From positions 12,167-75,713 of the forward strand of contig JBJEGD010000034.1 in NCBI GenBank assembly GCA_051874735.1: a stretch of 63,547 nucleotides of DNA, read 5' to 3'. This DNA is from Candidatus Bruticola sp. (lineage in GTDB: Bacteria > Vulcanimicrobiota > Xenobia > Xenobiales > Xenobiaceae). Below are positions 46,364 through 56,446 of the stretch, one piece after another; within the stretch, counting starts at the first letter, position 1, and the number at the start of each line of letters is the position of its first letter. The position numbers and the translations under genes are program-made. Below the pieces are notes generated by a model. It was not told the origin of the DNA. It saw nothing but the letters and a program-made list of their open reading frames with translations, and made no database searches.

Positions 46364-46981
46364 CTAATTGCCGAAAACTTGGTTATTTAAAAAATTCAAA
46401 TTAATTTCTCGACTGCGTGAGGCTCGTCTGGAGGGGCGATCTGAAGTAGCGTTTTCTTTAGTTTCTCTGTCTTCCCGACGCGGCCGATGACGAGAACTAC
46501 TTCCAACTTGTCCAAAAGTACCAAAGCTTATCGATTGAGCCTTCTCAGACAGAGAATCGCTGTCGGAAAATCCGTCCGGTACTTCCATATCGGGAAGGTT
46601 CATACCGGAGCTGGCCTCTTCCAACTTTCTGAGAGCTCCCCCTAAATTGGGACGACGCGGCTTGGAAACTGAAGAAGAAAACATCGAGGCTGACGACAAG
46701 GATGGTTCTGCTGTTCCAGCAGGTCGCTGAGCACGGAACGAACCATACAAAGAGTTACTGTGCTCACCTTCTAACTGCAATCGCTCGGCGGCCGCAGCTC
46801 GCTCTGCCTCAAGCCTCTTCCTGGCTTCCTCTTGACGTTCTTTCAGTTCTATAGCCTGTTCATCGAGTTTAGGCATAGGCGACCATGGCAACTCGGAAGG
46901 GTTAGGAGGCACAACTACACAATTTTTAATCAGAGCAGCTTGATCTGCACTCAAAAAAACTGTAGGTGTAGAAAAAACCAT
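46364..46981 (-). CDS. Hypothetical, largely disordered protein
   Basis: 205-aa ORF co-oriented upstream of copA; short coiled coil plus S/R-rich tail. Confidence 0.55.
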   Translation of the reverse strand: MVFSTPTVFLSADQAALIKNCVVVPPNPSELPWSPMPKLDEQAIELKERQEEARKRLEAERAAAAERLQLEGEHSNSLYGSFRAQRPAGTAEPSLSSASMFSSSVSKPRRPNLGGALRKLEEASSGMNLPDMEVPDGFSDSDSLSEKAQSISFGTFGQVGSSSRHRPRREDRETKENATSDRPSRRASRSREINLNFLNNQVFGN

Positions 46982-47218
46982 GTTCTCTTATACCGTCCTG
47001 TAATATTTTTTATACAATAAACTGCTGGTTAGATTAGATAAAATGCTAAGTAACTCCCCCTTTTTAGGCAAAATAAAATGATGAGCAGGCAAAAACTGCA
47101 TTGTGATAAAATATGGCCCTGCATATTCCATTATGTGCAGAAAACGGATATTATAAGAAGCTAATTTCTGCAATGCTTTTAATTGTTATAAATTTTACAG
47201 CACCAATACAGGGGTCAT

Positions 47219-48430
47219 ATGTTTAGAAATTGGTTTAAACGCAGCAGTACAGATGAACAACAAGCTCAAACAAATTCGCTAGCAGCTACAGAAGCTGAAG
47301 AAACACCAGAAGCTCAGCCGATAGAAGAATCTGAACTTAAAAGTATAGATTCAGAGACTGCCGACCACCAATCACAAGAAGAAAAACCCTCAGAGAAAAA
47401 AGGATTGCGCAGTTTTTTAGACAGCGCCCGCGAATTGGCCTTAACTCCTGTCGATCCTTGGTTCAATAAAATGGCCAAAGGGCTAGATAAGACGCGTCAA
47501 AACCTAGTCAGTCGCGTTAGCAGCCTTTTCAATTCGTCAAAGCGTATCGATGAAGATTTTTGGGATGAATTAGAAAATATTTTGCTTACCGCTGATGTAG
47601 GTTTAACGGCTTCTACCAACATTCTCGAAAAACTTAAAGGTGTGCAAAAAAACAAAAAGATCAGCGATCCAACTGCTTTACATGGCGAACTGAAACAAAT
47701 TTTGAGTGAAATTTTGAATAACCGCCAAGTTGAACAGCAAAGTGACGATTTACAGAAAGGCCGCCTAAAAATTATTATGATGGTAGGGGTCAACGGAGTC
47801 GGCAAAACTACCACTGCAGCCAAACTGGCCGCTAAATTCAAAAATGATGGACATAAGGTGATTTTAGCCGCAGCCGATACTTTCCGAGCAGCAGCTATTG
47901 ATCAGCTTCAGTCTTGGGCTCAGCGCATAAATATAGACGTGATTAGCCACCAAGAGGGCTCCGATCCTAGCGCTGTAGTTTTTGATTCCATCAAAGCCGC
48001 CCAAGCTCGCAACTGCGATTTAGTAATTATCGACACAGCCGGACGTCTACATAATAAGGTAAATTTAATGGAAGAACTGGGCAAAATCAGGCGTGTCTGC
48101 GACAAAGCCTGCCCAGATGCGCTGCACGAAACTTGGCTGGTACTTGATGCCACTACAGGACAAAACGCCTTAGAGCAGGCCAAAGTCTTTAATAGAGCGG
48201 TTCAGCTCACTGGTATAGTTATGTGCAAGCTCGACGGAACAGGTAAAGGTGGCGTGGTTATAGCTGTAGGAGAAGAATTCGGCTTACCTGTGCGCTATAT
48301 TGGAGTAGGAGAAGCGGTCGATGACCTGCGAGAGTTCGATCCGGATCTTTTCTTAGAAGCTCTTTTTAACGATCCAGTAAATTATAAGGAAATTGAAAAT
48401 AAGGACAGCAAAACCTCAGAAGCGAACTAA
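47219..48430 (+). CDS. ftsY: SRP receptor FtsY
   Basis: Acidic N-terminus, GVNGVGKTTT, DTFRAAA, DTAGR, KLDGTGKGG. Confidence 0.97.
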   Translation: MFRNWFKRSSTDEQQAQTNSLAATEAEETPEAQPIEESELKSIDSETADHQSQEEKPSEKKGLRSFLDSARELALTPVDPWFNKMAKGLDKTRQNLVSRVSSLFNSSKRIDEDFWDELENILLTADVGLTASTNILEKLKGVQKNKKISDPTALHGELKQILSEILNNRQVEQQSDDLQKGRLKIIMMVGVNGVGKTTTAAKLAAKFKNDGHKVILAAADTFRAAAIDQLQSWAQRINIDVISHQEGSDPSAVVFDSIKAAQARNCDLVIIDTAGRLHNKVNLMEELGKIRRVCDKACPDALHETWLVLDATTGQNALEQAKVFNRAVQLTGIVMCKLDGTGKGGVVIAVGEEFGLPVRYIGVGEAVDDLREFDPDLFLEALFNDPVNYKEIENKDSKTSEAN

Positions 48431-48504
48431 ACCCATTTTTTTCTCCCTTTCCTATACTAACTTAAATTCTTCTTGTCGCTTGACAGATCAGCCTTGAATT
48501 TCTT

Positions 48505-49272
48505 ATGTCTAAATTATGTTCTAAAAACGCCCTGCGCAAAATAGCTAGCCTCTGTTTAAAATCAGCTAAGGTTCTGATGGCTTCCGGAGCCGAAACTAAC
48601 AGAGTCGAAACAACGGTGGAACACATAGGGCGGGCCTGCGGCACTCCGGTAGAAAGTTATGCAACCCCTACTGGCATTACCGTAACTGTCGGCCGTGAGC
48701 GCACAATAACTATTGTAACCCGAGTCAAAAATCGCACTATCGATCTTGATAAGGTAATTGCTATCAATGCTATCTCACGAGATTTAGCCGCAGGTAAGAT
48801 ATCTTTTCAAAGCGCTGATAAAGCTGTTGACGAGATTATCCGCCGCCCCCCGCTCTACAGCCAGGCGGTTATGTACATTTTTCAAGCTATCTGCTGCGCT
48901 GGTTTTGGTATGCTGATAGCAGGGAACTTAATATCTATTATCCCTTCGCTTTTAGTAGGACTGTTAGCAAAATACGTAGAGCTTAAGTGCGCTAATTTAG
49001 TTCCGTTTCTTATGGTTTTCCTCAATGGTCTAGCCGTAACTGTTTTTGCTGATGTCTGGTGTCTGTTCTTTTCCAGTGTTGAACACCGAGCCATCGTTAT
49101 TGCCGGTATGGTTCCTCTGTTGCCGGGCTTAGCTCTCACTAATGCTATAGCAGATCTTATGGCCGGAGAGCTTTTAGCTGGTATAGCTCGCACTATCGAC
49201 GCCCTCTTGACTAGCGCAGCTTTAGCTGCAGGCGCTGTAGTTGGTATAGGTATATGGCAGTATTTTCTGTAA
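48505..49272 (+). CDS. Threonine/serine exporter ThrE family protein
   Basis: SGAETNRVE, PLLPGLALTNAI.DL..G motifs; TM helices. Confidence 0.85.
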   Translation: MSKLCSKNALRKIASLCLKSAKVLMASGAETNRVETTVEHIGRACGTPVESYATPTGITVTVGRERTITIVTRVKNRTIDLDKVIAINAISRDLAAGKISFQSADKAVDEIIRRPPLYSQAVMYIFQAICCAGFGMLIAGNLISIIPSLLVGLLAKYVELKCANLVPFLMVFLNGLAVTVFADVWCLFFSSVEHRAIVIAGMVPLLPGLALTNAIADLMAGELLAGIARTIDALLTSAALAAGAVVGIGIWQYFL

Positions 49273-49886
49273 AAGATTTCTTTATAAGCTGGTTTGGAGC
49301 CATTTTCGGCCTAGTAGGCTGCGCCGTTTTCTTCCGCATACCGATCAGAGCTATTTTAGGATGCACCTTAGCCGGTCTCTTGGGATGGCAGGTTTACTAT
49401 ATGATCGGACTATGGGGTATTAATCCCATGTATTGCGGATTTCTAGGCACGTTAACTATTTCGCTATGCAGTGAAACTTTAGCCAGAGCCCTGCGCATGC
49501 CGTCCACCGTATTTGTACTACCAGGCATATTCCCCTTAGTGCCAGGGATTCTTACCTATAATGCCATGATCAGCATTATCAGAGGACAGACTAGTGCAGC
49601 TCTGCAGGACGGCCTGAACGCCATGTTAATCGCCAGCGGTATTGCAGCAGGCGTCCTTATGGGAACAGCTCTGTCAAAGGGTATAATTAATCCGAGTTTA
49701 AATAGTTTGCATACCAGTCTACAAGATGACTTCGATATTTCTATACCAGAATTGTCCGATGCTTCCGATGCAGAGACTCTTAATATTGCCAAGCACTCCA
49801 ATAGCAAGCAGCTCTCCAAACGCAGCCAGCACCGCCGAAATCGCCGCAATAAATATCATAAACTTAAGGAAAACCACAACATATAG
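49254..49886 (+). CDS. ThrE_2 family exporter subunit
   Basis: PSTVFVLPGIFPLVPG motif; paired with ThrE. Confidence 0.8.
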   Translation: MAVFSVKDFFISWFGAIFGLVGCAVFFRIPIRAILGCTLAGLLGWQVYYMIGLWGINPMYCGFLGTLTISLCSETLARALRMPSTVFVLPGIFPLVPGILTYNAMISIIRGQTSAALQDGLNAMLIASGIAAGVLMGTALSKGIINPSLNSLHTSLQDDFDISIPELSDASDAETLNIAKHSNSKQLSKRSQHRRNRRNKYHKLKENHNI

Positions 49887-49995
49887 CGAAAATATCCCTG
49901 TATTTTTCCGGCAATTTTAGTAAAAAAACATTAATCTTTACCTCTATGCCAGAATTAGCCCGGAGAAAAAAATCTATCCCAAAAAGCAATTATCA

Positions 49996-51324
49996 GTGCC
50001 AACTATGAGCAAAAAATTTAAAGAGAAAGTCCTGCGCGATCCTCTCTATGGCAATATCGCCATTACCCATCCTCTAATTCTAGAACTTATCGATTCTATG
50101 GAATTTCAGAGGCTCCGGCGTATCCGTCAGCTGGGAATGTGCTTCAGTGTTTTTCACGGAGCAGAACATTCACGCTTTCAGCATTCCATCGGCACCATGT
50201 GGCTCATGCAGCGCATTCTTACCTACTGGTGTGACAATAGGTTGTTACCTGGTCTAACCAAGGAAACTATACTAGAAGCCCAGGCGGCCGCTTTGCTCCA
50301 TGATATCGGGCACGGGCCATTTTCTCATGCTTTAGAAAACACTTTTTCTAGCGTCAACCACGAAGAGCTAAGTTTAAAAATTGTGCGCCGTCTAGCTCCA
50401 CTTTTTACAAAATACGGCATTGAAGTTGACCATATTATCAAAATTATGGAAGGTAAGTATCGGGAACCAGTCTACCACGAACTACTTTCCAGTCAACTCG
50501 ATGTTGATCGTATGGACTATTTACAGCGCGATTCTCTTTATACAGGTGCCAAATACGGACTATTCGATATCGATCGCATTATTTACACCATACGCCCTTT
50601 CAGAAATAGTGAAGGTGCTTACTGCTGCGCCGTAGACCACAAAGGATGCGAAGCTGTCGAAGGATACCTATTCTGCCGCTACTTTATGCACTGGCAGGTA
50701 TATCTGCACAAAACTGTACGTTCTTATGAAACCTTGCTACGTGTTATCCTGAAGAGAGCTCATTATTTGCAAGAACATTTTCCTGGACAGCTAGAACTAC
50801 CCCGCAACCTGCGCTTTCTCTTTGACAAAAATATCTCAAATTGCGGCAAATGCTCTGACGAATTTTTAGATAATTACCTTCAAATTGATGATTTTGATTT
50901 TTATCACACTTTAAAATTATGGAGCCAAAGCGAAGACAAAGTTATGGCTGATCTTTCTCGCCGTTTTTTAGGTCGACGTCCTTTTAAAGCCTTTGACGAC
51001 CCTGGCGATGGTCCTATTACTGAAAAAATAAGAAAGTATGTACAAAAGAGCTTAGGAAGCGATTGGGAATGGTACTTTCATAAAGACGTACCACAAAATT
51101 TAGGCTACGATATTTACCAACCCGGACGCTCAGCAGCCCCCATACGCATATTAGATAATCCCCCCAATAATTGGAAAGAAATATCTAAAGCTAGTCGCAC
51201 CAAAGCCATAGAGGCTCTTTCAGAACCGGTGCGCCGCAGTCTGCTGATGGTTCCTCATGATTGTTACAAACACATCAGACCCTGGTTAGAGCGCGATCGC
51301 CCTTATCAAAGCACCATGTTCTGA
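49996..51324 (+). CDS. HD-domain phosphohydrolase (SAMHD1/dNTPase-like)
   Basis: RDPLYG, FQRLRRIRQLG, HSRFQHS, LLHDIGHGPFSH, DVDRMDYL.RD, VYLHK. Confidence 0.9.
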   Translation: MPTMSKKFKEKVLRDPLYGNIAITHPLILELIDSMEFQRLRRIRQLGMCFSVFHGAEHSRFQHSIGTMWLMQRILTYWCDNRLLPGLTKETILEAQAAALLHDIGHGPFSHALENTFSSVNHEELSLKIVRRLAPLFTKYGIEVDHIIKIMEGKYREPVYHELLSSQLDVDRMDYLQRDSLYTGAKYGLFDIDRIIYTIRPFRNSEGAYCCAVDHKGCEAVEGYLFCRYFMHWQVYLHKTVRSYETLLRVILKRAHYLQEHFPGQLELPRNLRFLFDKNISNCGKCSDEFLDNYLQIDDFDFYHTLKLWSQSEDKVMADLSRRFLGRRPFKAFDDPGDGPITEKIRKYVQKSLGSDWEWYFHKDVPQNLGYDIYQPGRSAAPIRILDNPPNNWKEISKASRTKAIEALSEPVRRSLLMVPHDCYKHIRPWLERDRPYQSTMF

Positions 51325-51355
51325 AGATAAAAATATTATTTACAAACTAGTGATC

Positions 51356-51393
51356 AACACAAAGAGCCTACCTCAAGGTAGGCTCTTTGTGTT
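51356..51393. terminator. Bidirectional terminator
   Basis: AACACAAAGAGCCTACC...GGTAGGCTCTTTGTGTT inverted repeat between convergent genes. Confidence 0.8.
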
Positions 51394-51428
51394 TTACTGA
51401 TTGGAACGATGATCGCTGCTTAAAAAAA

Positions 51429-52394
51429 CTACTTCATATTATTACGAGGAATAACCGTAATATCGTACTGCAGAGTATAAGCTCCTAAGCGGTTGGTAGT
51501 TTCAGCAAGCGTATCTAAATTTTTCAAAGCCTGTACATTATCCGTTTCGGATACGGAAGTATTCTCCTTTCTTCCTCCCATGGTCACTCCGCGCTGCTGA
51601 GCAGCCCTACGCAGTTCAGCTAAACGAGCAGACTTTATCACTAACGTAACTTCAGGCTTTTTAGTAATGACTCGAAAAGCCACAATGCAATCTGCTAAAA
51701 CCTGAACTTTGCAATCTTTAAACTTAGTATCGGTAAAAATGTTAATATTGCCGCCGTTATTTTCCGGCTTTACTATATAATCTTTAATGCTAGAACTACC
51801 GTCTGAGGAAAGCAAACTGCCACCTTGAACCTCGCAGCGAATCAGCCACTTATGAGGACAGGATTCGGCATCTCCGCAAATTTCGCTGATAGTTCCGTGA
51901 TATTTTTCTTTATGCAGTTTATCGCCTATAACTGAAGCGTAATATATAACGTTTTTGTTCCATTCCGGAACGCCGCTAGAGCTGCGGCGAAAGCGATCTG
52001 CAGCACTTATTACTTCAGGATCTGTCCCACCCGCAATGCTAGAGTTATCGTTATAAGCAGAAAGCATCCAAATAGCCTGACCATATTTGGCCACTCCCCC
52101 CTCATTGTCAACCCCCTCAATTACAGAAAGAGTGCTGGGATCGTACTTACTATAAGAAGCTAAAGCTATGCCGCCGAAACTAGTGCGTCGGATATCATCC
52201 ATTGCAAAAACGCCTATTTTGCGCATCATAGTCTGAGTTACAGTACGCCCTTCAATGCTATTCCAGGAATCCATACCGTATTGGACTACACTAAAAAGCA
52301 CCAACATCAGCACACTGAAAACACCAGTTGTTATAAGAACCTCAACTAGCGTGGCGCCTAGAGCGTCTCTTCTGCTTCTGTTAACTATGTTCAT
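51429..52394 (-). CDS. Prepilin-type (type IV pilin/pseudopilin-like) protein
   Basis: Basic leader, G|ATLVEVLI with E5, hydrophobic helix. Confidence 0.7.
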   Translation of the reverse strand: MNIVNRSRRDALGATLVEVLITTGVFSVLMLVLFSVVQYGMDSWNSIEGRTVTQTMMRKIGVFAMDDIRRTSFGGIALASYSKYDPSTLSVIEGVDNEGGVAKYGQAIWMLSAYNDNSSIAGGTDPEVISAADRFRRSSSGVPEWNKNVIYYASVIGDKLHKEKYHGTISEICGDAESCPHKWLIRCEVQGGSLLSSDGSSSIKDYIVKPENNGGNINIFTDTKFKDCKVQVLADCIVAFRVITKKPEVTLVIKSARLAELRRAAQQRGVTMGGRKENTSVSETDNVQALKNLDTLAETTNRLGAYTLQYDITVIPRNNMK

Positions 52395-52406
52395 CAGGAC
52401 GCCCTC

Positions 52407-53021
52407 CTAAAAATCTGAGCTGACATTAAATAACCGGCTCATTTCACAACGTAAGATGCCGGCATTAGTCGTACTCAATGTTGTGGTATTCTTGGCCCCC
52501 TCAGCCTTCATATCACCACTGGCGGAACTGTACTCAGTTACCTGATCGCCACTCTTACCCCACCAAATTACTACATCGAGTTTAACTAAATCGTTCTTAG
52601 CGACTTCACTGCCGCTGCTTACGCTGCCTGTTCCAGAATCGACAACCTTATTGGAAGTAAGCTCCCAAACAAAAGTTGTATTATTTAAATTTTTAATACC
52701 AGAAGCAACGACCCCTCCACCACCGACTAATTTATCGTACGCTCCTACATCGGCTTCTCCAGACACCTTATTAACAATATTGTATACGTCTTTGGTTAGA
52801 ACGGTCTCGGCCACTATAACACCGGCAGTTAAGTCCGTAGTTTTCTGACTGGCCTTCATAGAGCCAGTAAAAACGGCTAATACCAGCAGAAGTGTCACGG
52901 ACATAATGCCGACAGATACCATCAATTCCAACAAGCTGAAGCCTGAAAGCTGGCGGCGATAAGGTTTTATATAACGGTATGCTGAAGACACGCTGCTGCC
53001 ACTCCAATCTCTGACTCTCAT
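52407..53021 (-). CDS. Prepilin-type protein (PilV/GspI-like)
   Basis: RRQLSG|FSLLELMVSVGI cleavage/methylation motif; start set at ATG 53021 after AGAGGA. Confidence 0.75.
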   Translation of the reverse strand: MRVRDWSGSSVSSAYRYIKPYRRQLSGFSLLELMVSVGIMSVTLLLVLAVFTGSMKASQKTTDLTAGVIVAETVLTKDVYNIVNKVSGEADVGAYDKLVGGGGVVASGIKNLNNTTFVWELTSNKVVDSGTGSVSSGSEVAKNDLVKLDVVIWWGKSGDQVTEYSSASGDMKAEGAKNTTTLSTTNAGILRCEMSRLFNVSSDF

Positions 53022-53095
53022 ATGCAAAATTCCTCTAACTGTATTGTGAAGGCAAGACCAGCCAGGTAACTCACCACACTCTATTATAGCAAAAA

Positions 53096-53623
53096 CTATC
53101 CCCACTCAACCGGCTCATCTTCAAACATAGCCGTTCCTCCCTTCTTTTTAGCCCCATTTTCTTCTCCTACTGCCTTATAGGAGGCCAGCTTTTCTTCTAA
53201 AATAGCCAAACGTTCTTCAAAATTAGTTATACCATCTACACGGGTGGAAAGCTTTTCCACAGCAGCTGAAATTTGCTCAACTTTACTCTCACAAGTCTGC
53301 AATCTTTTCTCCAGGGAGTCTATCTTTTTATCAGTTGAAGACGGCTCATTTGCAGCTGTGGATGAATTGGAACCGCCGGAGAAACTACAGCCACCAACTA
53401 AATCGAAAACTTTTTTTACATCGTCTTTCAATGAATTGACTTCTGCAAGAGAAGCCATACGAGCGACAACTTCGGACATTTCTCGACGCATCTGCTCAGT
53501 ATGTTCTATAATATCTCTTTTTACTTCAGAGGCACTGAGCTGCTGCAAATGACGCAGCTGCGACAAACTGCCACGTACGTTACTTTCTAGCTTCTCTAGC
53601 CTTTCCAATAAACTATCTGACAT
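53096..53623 (-). CDS. Hypothetical coiled-coil protein
   Basis: Heptad-rich 175-aa ORF with GAGGAGG RBS. Confidence 0.65.
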   Translation of the reverse strand: MSDSLLERLEKLESNVRGSLSQLRHLQQLSASEVKRDIIEHTEQMRREMSEVVARMASLAEVNSLKDDVKKVFDLVGGCSFSGGSNSSTAANEPSSTDKKIDSLEKRLQTCESKVEQISAAVEKLSTRVDGITNFEERLAILEEKLASYKAVGEENGAKKKGGTAMFEDEPVEWG

Positions 53624-53715
53624 AATCGGAGAAGGTCCTCCTCAATTTTTATTCAATAAACGCGCCCGCATATGAAGCAGGAAAGCCCAAAATATAAGCG
53701 CACTCAGGAAATAAT

Positions 53716-54078
53716 ATGAACAAAGTACATTTTCCAAATACACCTTCTCTTCCTTTGCTTCAAAGCTATATAAAAAATAAATGTGAAGAGCGTGGCTTCA
53801 CTAAAGCCTCAAATTTAGAGGTTTATCTGCTTTTAACTGAAGAAATAGGCGAACTGGCTAAAGCTATCCGCAAAAAGAGCGCCCTCTTTGAAGAAGTTTT
53901 GTCAACCTCTCCAAACCCAACTGAATTGGATAAGGAAAAAATTTTACAAGAAAACTTGGCAGAAGAGATGGCTGATGTATTAAGTTACTTGCTAGATCTA
54001 GCTAACCGCTTCAATGTAGATTTGGCTACCGCTTTAAAAAGTAAAGAAGAAAAAAACGACCACCGACAATGGCGATAA
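53716..54078 (+). CDS. MazG-like all-alpha NTP pyrophosphatase
   Basis: LTEEIGELAKAIRK...EEMADVLSYL. Confidence 0.85.
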   Translation: MNKVHFPNTPSLPLLQSYIKNKCEERGFTKASNLEVYLLLTEEIGELAKAIRKKSALFEEVLSTSPNPTELDKEKILQENLAEEMADVLSYLLDLANRFNVDLATALKSKEEKNDHRQWR

Positions 54079-54113
54079 CCATGCTGCGATCGTTTTTATA
54101 AATGGCAGTTTTC

Positions 54114-55340
54114 CTATCCTAAATGAAACTCACGGTGTACAGCTTGCGAGGCAGCAGCTAGGGTATTTTCAGCAACTACTGCTGAAATTGTAATGTGAGA
54201 ATCAGTAGTATAAAAAAGTTCTATATTGCTGTCGGTGAGGGCTCGGCAAATTCTCATCATAACGCCAGGTTGACCTCTCATGGCCGGACCTACTACTGAA
54301 AGTTTTGCACAGCCAAAACGCATAGCAAAGCAGCAGCCCAATTCTTGAAGCAAATTTTTAGCTACACTAATATCACGGTTGTTAACTAAAAAGCATATCC
54401 TATCTTCAGCCATATTGATCATATCTAAAGAAAGAGAAGCTGCAGCTAAATGTTCAAAAATTGACAAGCGACGCGAACGAAGGTTGGGAGTAGCCTGCAA
54501 ATCGATACTAACCATGCAGTATCCGGGCACACTAACTACACCTGTAACTAGCTTATCGTCTTCTGCATGACGGTCGGAGATACTGATGCCGACAAGTTTA
54601 CTTTCAATACTCGTGCCCGGACAACGGCTAAAAGTAGAACGAACCCGCAAAGGGACACGGTGAGTTTGCGAAATTTCCACGGAACGGGGATGGAGCACTT
54701 TTGCTCCCTCGTTAGCCATTTCTCCCACTTCCGCATGACTGATATGCTCGAGTACTACTGCCTCAGGGACATACCGCGGGTCAGCTGTCATGACCCCTTC
54801 AACATCGGTAAAAATATCTACCCGCTCAGCTTTAACTGCCGCTCCCAAAGCTACGGCGGTAGTATCGCTGCCACCACGCCCCAGGGTAACTATGTCGCCC
54901 TCCCGATTAACCCCCTGAAATCCAGCTACTATCGGGACGCGCCCCTGCCGCAACGTTTCCAGCAAGGCCTGAGGATCGATACTTTCAATACTAGCGCTGC
55001 CGTACGCTCCATCGGCCCAAATACCCGCCCTAGCTCCATCGAAGGCTTCAGCTTTAATGCCCAGACTGCGCAGATAATGGCTGACAGTTACAGCGGAAAT
55101 AATCTCACCACAAGCCATCAACATATCGCGTTCACGATTGTTGGCATAAGAATTATAGCTGCTGACTAACCCTAAAAGGCTATCGGTCGCATAAGGAGCA
55201 GGACTCCTACCCATAGCCGAAACGACCACAATAACTTGATTTTCCAGGCTCAGTTCCTGCCTGACTTTGTCAGCTAATGCACTCCACCCCTTCTCAGAAG
55301 ATACTGAAGTGCCGCCGAATTTTTGCACTATAATAGGCAT
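54114..55340 (-). CDS. dapG: Aspartate kinase (DapG-like)
   Basis: VQKFGGTSV, VVSAMGR..PYATD, LGRGGSDTTA, TDVEGVMTADP, ACT domains. Confidence 0.88.
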   Translation of the reverse strand: MPIIVQKFGGTSVSSEKGWSALADKVRQELSLENQVIVVVSAMGRSPAPYATDSLLGLVSSYNSYANNRERDMLMACGEIISAVTVSHYLRSLGIKAEAFDGARAGIWADGAYGSASIESIDPQALLETLRQGRVPIVAGFQGVNREGDIVTLGRGGSDTTAVALGAAVKAERVDIFTDVEGVMTADPRYVPEAVVLEHISHAEVGEMANEGAKVLHPRSVEISQTHRVPLRVRSTFSRCPGTSIESKLVGISISDRHAEDDKLVTGVVSVPGYCMVSIDLQATPNLRSRRLSIFEHLAAASLSLDMINMAEDRICFLVNNRDISVAKNLLQELGCCFAMRFGCAKLSVVGPAMRGQPGVMMRICRALTDSNIELFYTTDSHITISAVVAENTLAAASQAVHREFHLG

Positions 55341-55345
55341 AAATT

Positions 55346-56374
55346 TTACAGTGCGTCCCCTCTTTCTATGAGAGCCTGGGCGATATTGACAGCATTAACC
55401 GCCGCCCCTTTGCGCAGGTTGTCAGCAACTATCCACATAGCCAAACCATGGGCAGAAGTAGGATCGCGCCGAATGCGTCCCACTAAAACTTCATCCTGAT
55501 TTTCTCCATCTGCTGGTGTAGGATAAAGTTCACAGCCAGGATCGTCCATAACTTTTACACAAGGAGCCTGACTCAGCAAAGCTATAGCTTCTTCTGGAGA
55601 GCACTCTCGAACAAAAGAGGCCTGTACAGCTTCAGAGTGAGCGAAAAATACTGGAACGCGCACACAAGTAGCCAAAACAGGCAAATTAGGCAGTTCTAAA
55701 ATTTTTCTCGTTTCATTGACCATTTTTACTTCTTCAGTGGTGTTGCCACTGGCATCGAAGCTGCCTATTTGCGGGAATAAATTGAAACCAATGCGTTTAG
55801 GAAAGACTTTGCTCTCTACTGTGTCGACGTCAGACAGTATGGCTCCAGTCTGGCAACGCAACTCTTCAACGGCCTCTTTGCCGGCTCCAGATACAGACTG
55901 ATAAGTGGCCACACTGACGCTCTGTAAACCGAAAGCACGGTGCAGAGGAGCCAACACAGACATCATCTGTATAGTAGAGCAGTTAGGATTTGCAATAATG
56001 CCTTTATGTTCGCTTAAAGCCTGTCCATTAACCTCAGGCACAACCAAAGGCACCTGCGGGTCCATGCGGAAGGTAGAAGAATTATCTATAACAACAGCTC
56101 CTGCCGCCACAGCACGATGCACGTAATCAGCGGAAGCAATATCTCCGCCCGCAAATAAAGCGATATCTATTCCAGAAAAATCAAAGGAAGCGATATCTTC
56201 TACCATAATTTTTTGCTCGCGGAATGGCACATATGTACCAGCAGAGCGGTAAGTGGCTGCCGCCTTCACCATATTTATAGGGATATTGATGCGTTCTGCT
56301 AAAACTTTGAGCATCATTGAGCCAACTAAACCGGTGGCTCCTACTACAGCAAAATTGTATTTTTTAGAAGTCAT
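55346..56374 (-). CDS. asd: Aspartate-semialdehyde dehydrogenase
   Basis: VGATGLVG, IDNSS, IIANPNCST, CVRVPV, DNLRKGAA. Confidence 0.97.
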   Translation of the reverse strand: MTSKKYNFAVVGATGLVGSMMLKVLAERINIPINMVKAAATYRSAGTYVPFREQKIMVEDIASFDFSGIDIALFAGGDIASADYVHRAVAAGAVVIDNSSTFRMDPQVPLVVPEVNGQALSEHKGIIANPNCSTIQMMSVLAPLHRAFGLQSVSVATYQSVSGAGKEAVEELRCQTGAILSDVDTVESKVFPKRIGFNLFPQIGSFDASGNTTEEVKMVNETRKILELPNLPVLATCVRVPVFFAHSEAVQASFVRECSPEEAIALLSQAPCVKVMDDPGCELYPTPADGENQDEVLVGRIRRDPTSAHGLAMWIVADNLRKGAAVNAVNIAQALIERGDAL

Positions 56375-56446
56375 GCTCCTATTATCTACTTTCTATGAGG
56401 GTGATACAGCTCCTCAAACTACAGTTATTATAAAAAACACTCGAGA

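Noticed and set aside
49996-54078. HD dNTPase plus MazG-like gene as an anti-phage nucleotide-depletion system
   Set aside because: Not adjacent, embedded among housekeeping genes, and both resemble ordinary housekeeping families
54567-55169. 200-aa ORF on +
   Set aside because: Fully antisense to aspartate kinase; no motifs
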